DNA of 63,962 nucleotides, the filler included, from Stramenopiles sp. TOSAG23-2 (Eukaryota), in NCBI GenBank assembly GCA_900128395.1. It is 5 parts of 5 records of this genome, joined end to end, with 100 filler letters (N's around TTAATTAATTAA, not from the genome) between each part and the next. Parts side by side here need not be neighbours in the genome. Positions count along the whole stretch, not along the records: positions 51,274 to 63,962 come from LT649840.1; 4 more parts are not named here. One strand, given 5' to 3'. The notes beneath the pieces are model-generated. The model ran no database searches, was not told the DNA's origin, and saw only the letters and a list, made by a program, of their open reading frames with translations. The position numbers and the translations under genes are program-made. Shown one piece after another: positions 55,762 through 63,962 of this stretch (position 1 is its first letter; each line of letters opens with the position of its first letter).

Positions 55762-58700
55762 ATGGCATCAGACGAAGAATGGGTCCCGTCAGGAAATGAC
55801 GAGGAAGAGGATGACAGTGAAATGATGATAGTGGACGATGAAAAAAAAGATGTTAATGAAGATGAGGAAATAATTGATAATTTGAAAAATAATGATGCGG
55901 AAAAAGAAAAAGAAGTGCCAAAACAAGTAGAAAACAAGACAGATGAATCCATTGGTAAGGCTGTTGTAAATGTTCGTAGTATTAATGATAATATTCCATT
56001 AGAAGACTTGGAATTTAAGTATAATGTAAAAGCGAGAGCAAAAGGGAAGGAAAATAAACGGCTTCAAGGTCAGTTTACACCTTTAATCGTACATAATGGG
56101 TTTTTTCGTGGTCACGCATCAGTTGGGAGAGTAGTTCCTTGGAAAGCAGCGCCATGTTTAAAGTTGCGCAATGTAATGGCTGTTTGTGAAGGTGGTAAGG
56201 AGGGAGATGAAACTAGTGTCAAAGTAATTGGGTACACGTATGATGTTCCTGTAATCAATTATCAACCAAAAGGTGGATTATGCTGGAACATCACCGGGTT
56301 ATCCCCTGACAATAGTTCAAATCAAAGATATGCCCCAAAAAAGCTTATAAGAACAACACCGCTACATAATAGAGTTACTGAAAAGCCAAATAATTTTACT
56401 ATCTTTACGGAATACAACACTTTGCCATTTGAAACGTTTAATTTCAATACTATTAGACATAATTTTAAAGGAAAACGTAAGCCTGGGGATCCGCTCTATA
56501 ATAAAACAGAATGTGAAGAATTAGGTGCCATGCGGCCTTTCGATTATATAATGCGCCTTAATAATACAGATGAAATTGGACAAAAGTCATTTAATCATAT
56601 TGTGAAAAAAATTTTATCTGTTGAGCCAAACAAAATTGCTTTTATAGGCATGTATCGTCCTAAGTTAAAGAAATATTGGCCTCCAACACTTGAATTAGGT
56701 CGTTTGTGTATCAAGCATCGTGATTTGAAACGTAGAAGTAAAAGAAAAAATTATGGAAAATCCAGCACTAACGCATCATTCGACGGACGTCGTACTGCAT
56801 ATATTAGAACTAGGCCGTTGCCTTTATTACAATCACAAGTCGTTTTGCATGTAAACGCAGCTGAGGATGATAATGAAATTGTGGAAAAGCAATCGGATAA
56901 TGCAATTGGTGAAGTAGCTGTTGTGGTGGAAAAAGATGAGGAACTTTTGGAGAAAAAGCGACAAGAAGAAGTTAAAAAACGTGCAAGAAAGATTTTAAGA
57001 ACCCACTTTACGCGTAAGAAGAGATACCGTGACCAGTTACGGGCACAAATCATGGCTTTAAAGTATTTGCTTGGTAATGAAAATCCACCGCCGAAATTAC
57101 TAGCCGATGTTTTACAACAAGGTGCTGACGGCAATGAATTTGGCAGTAGCGTTGATACCAGAGGTCGAGTAAAACGTTGGAATAGAACACATGGCGATAG
57201 TAGTAAACGTAGATCAGGTAAGCGAAGATATAGATTAACTAAAAAATCCACTGCAGATGGAGATGAATCGTGGAATTCAAGAGCATCGCGAGGAGGTGGT
57301 CGCCCAAAAAAACGTGCAAAGAGGCCAACGGAAGAAGTTATTACGTTAGAGCAATATGGTGGTATAAAAGAAGACTTTGAGCTGGCAAAGAAAATACGTA
57401 GACAAAAAAAGCAAAGACAAGCATATGAATTGAGCAAACGAAGGTTGGAAATAATTATCGCATGCCGTTTGCGTGATTTATCAAGCTCTGAAGGTGGTGG
57501 ACAGACGATTGAATTTCTAGTAAAGTTCAAACGTGAATCCTATCTAACTGGATGCCTTTGGGTTGAACCGTCCATGATTGCAATGGAAGGTGATACCGAT
57601 GGATGCGAAGCGATGGATGACTGGCTTCGCGATGAGGATACTGTGGTTGAGCAATGGGAAAACGCTAAAGTAAAGGCTCGGACGGATTATTTTAAGCCTG
57701 AATGGACTGAAATTGATCGCATATTAGCTTGTCGTGTGGATTATGAAACGGTGCAAATGCGCGGGGAATATGGATCAGTGTTGAAAGGGCAAACAACTTC
57801 AAAAGAAAGTAGGAAATATTTAGTAAAGTGGAAAAATTTATCATACGCATTGTCGACATGGGAAGAGGAAGATGCGATTGAAGATGAAGGTAAAATAGCA
57901 CAGTTTCATAGATTTAATTATCCACCACGATTGAAAAATGCACCGCCTATTTTTTTCCGTGATGTAAGACCTCCTGCATCCGCGTGGGCAAAATATAATT
58001 CATCGCCTATTTACAAAGATGGTTTAAAATTGAGGCCATATCAAGTGGAAGGATTAAACTGGTTGAATTTTTGCTGGTTTCAACGCCGTAGCTGCATTCT
58101 TGCAGATGAAATGGGTCTTGGAAAGACTGTTCAAGCAGTCTCCTTTTTAGAACATCTGAAAACAAGACAAAATGTACGTGGCCCATTCCTTGTAATTGCT
58201 CCATTAGCAACATTAGAACATTGGAAACGTGAATTTGAGAGTTGGACAGATTTAAACGTGGTACTTTACCATGCATCAGAAGGCGGTAGAGAAACGAGAG
58301 AAATGATTCAAAAATACGAGTGGCACTATCCAACTGGTACTAGAGAGCAGCAACAATTGATTAAATTTAACGTTTTATTAACATCTTATGAACTTGTTTC
58401 AAGTGATTTTGATGATCTATTCCCAATCGATTGGCGCTGTATTATAGTGGATGAGGCACATCGTTTAAAAAATTTGGACTCACAATTGGCATTAAGTTTA
58501 AATGAATATCATTTTGACCATCTCGTTTTAATGACAGGAACACCATTACAAAATGATATGTTGGAGCTTTGGGCGCTTCTTCATTTTATTGAGCCAGAAA
58601 ATTTTTCAAATGCACAAGCATTTGTGGATCAATTTGGTCAAATGACAGATGCAAACTCATTAGCAGCGTTGCATGATCGTTTGAGGCCTTACATGTTAAG

Positions 58701-61023
58701 ACGCCTGAAAGAAGATGTAGAAAAAAGTATTCCAGCAAAAGAGGAGACAATCGTTAATGTTGAATTAACAATCAAGCAGAAAAAGTATTACCGCGCAATT
58801 TTTGAAAGGAATAGAGGTGTATTAACCGGTGGTGTTAAAAAATCAAATGGTAAAGTTGGTGTTACGGGTGAGAAACGAAAATCTGGCCCGTCGCTTATTA
58901 ATTTAGAAATGCAAATGAGAAAATGTTGTTGTCACCCATATATGATCGATGGTGTTGAAGCAAACGAGACAGATGAATGCTTTAAGAAAAGCCTTGCGGA
59001 AGGAAAGGCCACTACGCGTGCTAATGAAATTGAGCATATGATACATTGCAGTGGCAAAATGATTTTGCTACATAAATTGTTTCCAAAGTTACGCAAAGAG
59101 GGACATCGTATTTTAATATTTTCGCAATTCAGAGGCATGCTTGGGTTAATAGGTTTGTTGTTGGAATATCATGGATTGCGATATGAACGATTAGATGGAA
59201 TGGTACGTGGTATTGAAAGGCAACGTGCAATTGACAGGTTTGATACAGATACTGACATTTTTGCCTTTCTATTGTCAACGAAGGCTGGCGGCGTAGGTTT
59301 AAATTTACAATCAGCAGATACTGTAATCATTTATGATAGTGACTGGAATCCACAAAATGATATACAGGCACAAGCGCGTGCACATCGCATTGGGCAAACA
59401 ACGTCTGTCCGTGTGTATCGATTAGTGACGAACAAAACATATGAAGCGGAAATGTTCGCTAGAGCATCTCGAAAATTAGGATTGTCAACAGCAGTTTTTC
59501 GTCACGGTTCTTTAGAAGGAAACACGACTGGGTCATTAGAAGATGATGTTGACGATCAAAGCACTAATAGTGGTGGTATGATGTCCTTATTGACAATGGA
59601 CAAAGATGAAGTAGAAATGCTATTACGTTATGGTGCTTATGCGATCTTGGATAAAGACGATTCATCTGCAGAACAATTTACAGAAGCGACGATTGATAAA
59701 TTATTAGAAAAGAGCACTACTATCAGGTACGGGGGTAAAACAGATGATAATCCTAGAAATAGTAATGATAAGGATAATGATCGTACCCAAGGCAGTAGCA
59801 GCACATCAACGACTACTACTACTACCACTACAATCGCTACACGCACTTCTGAAACAAAAAAATCTTCGGTGCCATCACTATCTTTAGCAAAGGCGTCTTT
59901 TATGGCATCTACCGAGGATGGCGATATTAATTTTGGGGATGAAAACTTTTGGGAGAAAGTTTTAGGTCCAAAACCAGTAGATCGTTTAATGAAATTCATT
60001 CGCGACGGGCAATTAGAAAAGGCTACAGAAGACGAAACTCGAAATTTTTTACATGAAGTTGGAGAAATGGCACGAGGGATGTGGTTGCGCCAAGCAGAAG
60101 GGAGGAAACACGAAGATGCGGAGGGTATCATGAATGTTTTAATTGAACTTAAAGTACGTGGAAGAAAGGCAAATGTTGCACATGGAAAGTTAGATCAACG
60201 CGAATTGGCTGCATATTGGATTGATGTCATCGAAAATTCTAGAAGAAGAAGAAACAAACTTGCAAAATCATATAAAAACGCCAAACCTATAAATGTTTAT
60301 GGAAAAAAATGGGGTTTATATGGTTACAGCGATGACGAATATGATGACAGCGAAGAAGCATCTAGTATTGTTGCTAATGGGCATAACAACAAGAGTAATG
60401 ACGTTACCTTTATATCCGATGATGAAGAAATGATAGACGTAGAGAATGGGAAAAAATCAATTATTGACGAACCATTTGATGAAGAGAATGAAGTTTCTGG
60501 CTACGTTTCAGGTATTTCTTTGCGGATTAATACAACTGACTTTTCAAACATTAGAAAAAAAGATTTTGAAGTTGTAAAACTGCCAAAAATATTGCGTGGT
60601 GGTCAATTTGTAATGAGAAACATAACGAAAGAAAGTGATAAATTGAAAGTATCGCAAGCAATAAAAGTGCTGAAAATGCTATTGATGGATCCTCAAAGTT
60701 TAGCTTTTCGTTTCCCTATTGATACTAGCAAATTATTTGACTATGACAAATATATCAAAGAGGATCATTGCTTAATGTCTATTTTAGAAAGTTTGAAAAA
60801 TGGATTGTACGGTCGTGCAAATAGTAATGAAACATTTGTAAGCTCGCAATTTTTTCGTGATTTAAATTTAGTTTGGTATAATTGTATTTTATATAACAAA
60901 GATGGTTCATTCATAACTGAAATTGCTAAACGCATGCATAAAAAGGCAGATATGTTACTTGGTGGATATTTTCATTTAAATCGCTCGGGGATTCAAACGA
61001 AGAACTCTGAAGCTGTGAAATAG
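55762..61023 (+). CDS. CHD-family chromatin remodeller (tandem chromodomains, SNF2 ATPase) with C-terminal bromodomain
   Basis: EFLVKFK and KYLVKWKNLSYALSTWE chromodomains; ILADEMGLGKT, DEAHRLKN, DSDWNPQNDIQAQARAHRIGQ; bromodomain AFRFPID...DY...FFRDLNLVWYNCILYN. Confidence 0.93.
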   Translation: MASDEEWVPSGNDEEEDDSEMMIVDDEKKDVNEDEEIIDNLKNNDAEKEKEVPKQVENKTDESIGKAVVNVRSINDNIPLEDLEFKYNVKARAKGKENKRLQGQFTPLIVHNGFFRGHASVGRVVPWKAAPCLKLRNVMAVCEGGKEGDETSVKVIGYTYDVPVINYQPKGGLCWNITGLSPDNSSNQRYAPKKLIRTTPLHNRVTEKPNNFTIFTEYNTLPFETFNFNTIRHNFKGKRKPGDPLYNKTECEELGAMRPFDYIMRLNNTDEIGQKSFNHIVKKILSVEPNKIAFIGMYRPKLKKYWPPTLELGRLCIKHRDLKRRSKRKNYGKSSTNASFDGRRTAYIRTRPLPLLQSQVVLHVNAAEDDNEIVEKQSDNAIGEVAVVVEKDEELLEKKRQEEVKKRARKILRTHFTRKKRYRDQLRAQIMALKYLLGNENPPPKLLADVLQQGADGNEFGSSVDTRGRVKRWNRTHGDSSKRRSGKRRYRLTKKSTADGDESWNSRASRGGGRPKKRAKRPTEEVITLEQYGGIKEDFELAKKIRRQKKQRQAYELSKRRLEIIIACRLRDLSSSEGGGQTIEFLVKFKRESYLTGCLWVEPSMIAMEGDTDGCEAMDDWLRDEDTVVEQWENAKVKARTDYFKPEWTEIDRILACRVDYETVQMRGEYGSVLKGQTTSKESRKYLVKWKNLSYALSTWEEEDAIEDEGKIAQFHRFNYPPRLKNAPPIFFRDVRPPASAWAKYNSSPIYKDGLKLRPYQVEGLNWLNFCWFQRRSCILADEMGLGKTVQAVSFLEHLKTRQNVRGPFLVIAPLATLEHWKREFESWTDLNVVLYHASEGGRETREMIQKYEWHYPTGTREQQQLIKFNVLLTSYELVSSDFDDLFPIDWRCIIVDEAHRLKNLDSQLALSLNEYHFDHLVLMTGTPLQNDMLELWALLHFIEPENFSNAQAFVDQFGQMTDANSLAALHDRLRPYMLRRLKEDVEKSIPAKEETIVNVELTIKQKKYYRAIFERNRGVLTGGVKKSNGKVGVTGEKRKSGPSLINLEMQMRKCCCHPYMIDGVEANETDECFKKSLAEGKATTRANEIEHMIHCSGKMILLHKLFPKLRKEGHRILIFSQFRGMLGLIGLLLEYHGLRYERLDGMVRGIERQRAIDRFDTDTDIFAFLLSTKAGGVGLNLQSADTVIIYDSDWNPQNDIQAQARAHRIGQTTSVRVYRLVTNKTYEAEMFARASRKLGLSTAVFRHGSLEGNTTGSLEDDVDDQSTNSGGMMSLLTMDKDEVEMLLRYGAYAILDKDDSSAEQFTEATIDKLLEKSTTIRYGGKTDDNPRNSNDKDNDRTQGSSSTSTTTTTTTTIATRTSETKKSSVPSLSLAKASFMASTEDGDINFGDENFWEKVLGPKPVDRLMKFIRDGQLEKATEDETRNFLHEVGEMARGMWLRQAEGRKHEDAEGIMNVLIELKVRGRKANVAHGKLDQRELAAYWIDVIENSRRRRNKLAKSYKNAKPINVYGKKWGLYGYSDDEYDDSEEASSIVANGHNNKSNDVTFISDDEEMIDVENGKKSIIDEPFDEENEVSGYVSGISLRINTTDFSNIRKKDFEVVKLPKILRGGQFVMRNITKESDKLKVSQAIKVLKMLLMDPQSLAFRFPIDTSKLFDYDKYIKEDHCLMSILESLKNGLYGRANSNETFVSSQFFRDLNLVWYNCILYNKDGSFITEIAKRMHKKADMLLGGYFHLNRSGIQTKNSEAVK

Positions 61024-61191
61024 TGCGTGGTATAAGAAAGAAAAGTGTGAGTGTTGTGTTGTGTGTTTGTGTGTGTGTGTTCAAACCGCTCGGGGATTCA
61101 AACGAAGAACTCTGAAGCTGTGAAATAGTGCGTGGTATAAGAAAGAAAAGTGTGAGTGTTGTGTTGTGTGTTTGTGTGTGTGTGTTCAAAC
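60982..61191. repeat. Perfect 105-bp tandem duplication over the CHD stop codon
   Basis: 60982-61086 = 61087-61191. Confidence 0.9.
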
Positions 61192-61594
61192 AGTGTATAA
61201 CACTAATCAGTCACATTATATTTTAATATATCGTATATTGAGATTTTATTATTTTATTAACGTCGTACCGAAGTTTGTGTAGTAAATTGTAAATTTTTCT
61301 TTTTGAAGAGTAAAAAGAATTATCAACTGTTGAGTAAAATTTAGATTTTAACCATCATATATTTTGTGAGAGTTCGTATGCATCATATCATACATTTTTT
61401 AAAATACGCGCATACTTTATTGTGTACAAAATATTTTTTTAAATTTAAAAATATATTTTTAATATATATTATATTAATAAAAAAATAAAATACGACCACG
61501 TACATTAATATTTTGTCTGTTTGAGAAAGTGGTAAAATATCAAAATCAACTTTCTTGTGTGCGTGGTGCGTGTGTGAGTGTTTATTTCTTCTTT

Positions 61595-62605
61595 TTATAT
61601 TGATGTCTTTCCTGCACGTTCATGCATTGGATTGATAACGTCTTCTCCAAAGCTTTCTGATCTTTTTCTAGTTGCCAAATCAACATGTAAGGCAGCTTTT
61701 TTTTCAAAATTGCAACATCTATTGCAAGTTCCCACAACACTCCTACCAAGTAATAATAATAAAGCCCAGTAACCTCCAAATTTTGATAATATGCCAAACA
61801 CATCACTTGATGGGACTAATCTGACAATTGATTCATCTGCAGTCATTCTGATGTAAAATTTCATGAATGAATCCGGCGGGCCACCACTTGGCAAAGCTTG
61901 AAGCGATTTGTACGCTGGTTCATATTTAACAAATGTTAAATCGGAATATTCCCTATTCAATTCTTTTATTTTAATTGTCCAATGTTGAACTATGATACGT
62001 CGCACTCTATGATATACATCAATTTTCTGTTGGGTATTGTGCATGTATAAAAATCTACTACTTTTCATATTTGCAGATGTAGGTATGTCGCGCTCATATG
62101 TCTGTCCTCCGGAAACCAATGCTGATACATTATGCTGGACATTTTCTTCATAAATTGAACATTCAGCTTCTCTTACCCAAGCACTAACCTTGTTTGGGTC
62201 TTGATGACATTTATCCCCAATCGTAGTGCTTTTATTTCCATCCCATGGACAACTCTCAACCTCTACTTGTAAATACTTATATTTATCTTTTTCATAAACT
62301 CCTTCTAATGCATATGAATCGGAATCTACACAATGTAAATGATGTGACTCGCTTTGGAAAAACATCCCATAATCATTGCTAAAATGTTGAAAGATGGTAA
62401 ATTCTATCCAAGTCCAACTAGTGATGATTTGTAAAAACATTATTACACGCGACGGTGTATATAACAGGAGGTCATTGACACGTTTTGTGTGAGATACGGT
62501 AGATATTATTAATATTGGCTCAGTCACTGGTATTCTTTTGAGAGTAGGAATTGTGCAACTTGTCATGAGTGTAGAAAATGAAAAATTTAAAACATCTCGG
62601 TACAT
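61595..62605 (-). CDS. Hypothetical membrane protein with Cys-containing ectodomain and C-terminal TM; N-terminus uncertain
   Basis: YALEGVYEKDKYKYLQVEVESC...C; SDVFGILSKFGGYWALLLLLG hydrophobic segment. Confidence 0.55.
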   Translation of the reverse strand: MYRDVLNFSFSTLMTSCTIPTLKRIPVTEPILIISTVSHTKRVNDLLLYTPSRVIMFLQIITSWTWIEFTIFQHFSNDYGMFFQSESHHLHCVDSDSYALEGVYEKDKYKYLQVEVESCPWDGNKSTTIGDKCHQDPNKVSAWVREAECSIYEENVQHNVSALVSGGQTYERDIPTSANMKSSRFLYMHNTQQKIDVYHRVRRIIVQHWTIKIKELNREYSDLTFVKYEPAYKSLQALPSGGPPDSFMKFYIRMTADESIVRLVPSSDVFGILSKFGGYWALLLLLGRSVVGTCNRCCNFEKKAALHVDLATRKRSESFGEDVINPMHERAGKTSI

Positions 62606-62864
62606 TTATTATTTTTTTAAAAATTACGAACGTATTTAAATACGAGTATATTTTACGGTGTAATATAATTAATACGAGTAATATTATACGTATCATGTAC
62701 GAGTATTTTATATACGAGTGCGTAAAATATTGTGTACGCGAAGTATATATTTTTTTTTATTTTAAAAAAATAAAGAAATGTTTTTTTTATAATAATAATA
62801 AATTAATACACGATTTTAACCACATACTTCGTATGACATATTATATTTTTATACGAATTCGTAT

Positions 62865-63142
62865 TTTTAGTATCTTGCTCTTTCTCTTCACAATTCCAAA
62901 TTCTCCTCAATGTTTTGCTTTGGAACTTCTTTTTTTGGTGTCATGTTTGGTGAATCTAGAAATGTTCCCAACAACTGGGTCTCATCAAAACTTACATTTC
63001 CACTTTTAGTATCTTGCTCTTTCTCTTCACAATTCCAAATTCTCCTCAATGTTTTGCTTTGGAACTTCTTTTTTTGGTGTCATGTTTGGTGAATCTAGAA
63101 ATGTTCCCAACAACTGGGTCTCATCAAAACTTACATTTCCAC
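62865..63142. repeat. Perfect 139-bp tandem duplication at a gene 3' end
   Basis: 62865-63003 = 63004-63142. Confidence 0.9.
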
Positions 63143-63962
63143 TATCTTTACTATCACTACGTAATTTTGATATTCTATCAGTATCATTATTCTCATATAT
63201 CGATTCATTTGATATTCCCAACATGGAATTTCTAAATTCACTAAAATCTGCTTCATGATTATTTTGTTGTTGTGCGTCTGGCACCATAGGATTTAAGTGC
63301 ATGTTTCCAATCATTGAATTTATCGATGAGTAGTATTCTTGTTGGTTAAAATTTAAATATGGATTATTCATACCATTATTTGTATTTGCATTAAATTGAT
63401 TATTGTTATGTAATGAATCGGAGGATAAAGATGATGAAGTTTCCATAGACTTGGTTTGATTTACAAATAATGCATCAAAATATCCACCGGTTGGTTTACC
63501 CCATGTTGATTCTTGCTGCCATGATGATGGTGATATAGATGTTGAACGATTGGGATAAGTAACATCTGATTTAGCGTCCTGGCCTTCTCCCCATACTTTT
63601 AATAAATTTTCTGGGACTTCTTTTTGATCATTGATGCTACTTTCATGATCTTTTGATAATTTATTTTGACTTATTTCTTGCGTATCAGATAAACCATTAT
63701 CAGTTTCCTTTTTCTCTGCTTCTGCCTTGTCTTTTGCATTTTGTTTGTACTGCTCTAATAATCTTTCTTGTTCTTCCAACAATTCTTTGTGCTCTAAGTT
63801 ATAGTGTGGCTCATCTAAAAATTCATCATCATTTCCCGCATTTGCTTTTTGTTTGCTTTTTGTTTGTTTTGATTTCTTCGTTGGAGTAATAGTATTACTA
63901 GCAATGGAACTTTCAGCTTTTTTAAGACTTCTTCCTGTTTCATTATTAATATTTTTTACGTG
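63027..63962 (-). CDS. 3' part of a low-complexity hypothetical protein (5' end beyond the window)
   Basis: The frame of the 251-aa ORF stays open upstream of 63782 to the window end (HVKNINNETGRSLKKAESS...DEPHYNLEHKELLEEQ...). Confidence 0.75.
   Translation of the reverse strand, partial: HVKNINNETGRSLKKAESSIASNTITPTKKSKQTKSKQKANAGNDDEFLDEPHYNLEHKELLEEQERLLEQYKQNAKDKAEAEKKETDNGLSDTQEISQNKLSKDHESSINDQKEVPENLLKVWGEGQDAKSDVTYPNRSTSISPSSWQQESTWGKPTGGYFDALFVNQTKSMETSSSLSSDSLHNNNQFNANTNNGMNNPYLNFNQQEYYSSINSMIGNMHLNPMVPDAQQQNNHEADFSEFRNSMLGISNESIYENNDTDRISKLRSDSKDSGNVSFDETQLLGTFLDSPNMTPKKEVPKQNIEENLEL

Noticed and set aside
56751-60131. Antisense ORFs within CHD (and similar ones inside other large genes)
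   Set aside because: Shadow ORFs of well-supported genes with no independent features.
6302-61023. Apparent chromatin or helicase-nuclease cluster (Ub-helicase, PHD-HNH, CHD)
   Set aside because: The genes are on three different contigs; their proximity comes from size-sorted concatenation.

Overview
AT-rich eukaryotic DNA, most likely from a stramenopile protist MAG/SAG (inferred from the alpha-tubulin tail EEVGAETAEGEGEEEDYGEEY and the gene repertoire). The long CDSs read as single intronless ORFs. The window is not one locus. It is five contigs of decreasing length (1-12750, 12851-25566, 25667-38372, 38473-51173, 51274-63962) joined by artificial N44-TTAATTAATTAA-N44 linkers, so neighbourhood arguments only hold within a contig. 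Ordinary host genes: WDR61/SKI8, NADPH:quinone oxidoreductase, a 3533-aa Cys-rich multi-TM surface protein, the alpha-tubulin 3' end, strumpellin (WASHC5), an AIFM2/FSP1-like oxidoreductase, a sarcosine/pipecolate oxidase, an MFS transporter, a MyTH4-PH-RhoGAP and a CHD remodeller with a bromodomain. Two loci stand out. (1) Contig 3 carries a compact, virus/mobile-element-like block whose central gene fuses ePHD, chromo-like and PHD histone-reader domains to an apparently intact giant-virus-type HNH endonuclease, i.e. a candidate chromatin-guided nuclease. (2) Contig 1 has a 2024-aa ORF in which an exact 76-aa ubiquitin unit ending GG is fused to a divergent restriction-subunit-like SF2 helicase with a possible AP2-like tail. 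Several perfect 100-185 bp duplications look like assembly artefacts; one hides a peroxisomal AKL C-terminus. All family assignments come from motif recognition by eye; no database search was run.
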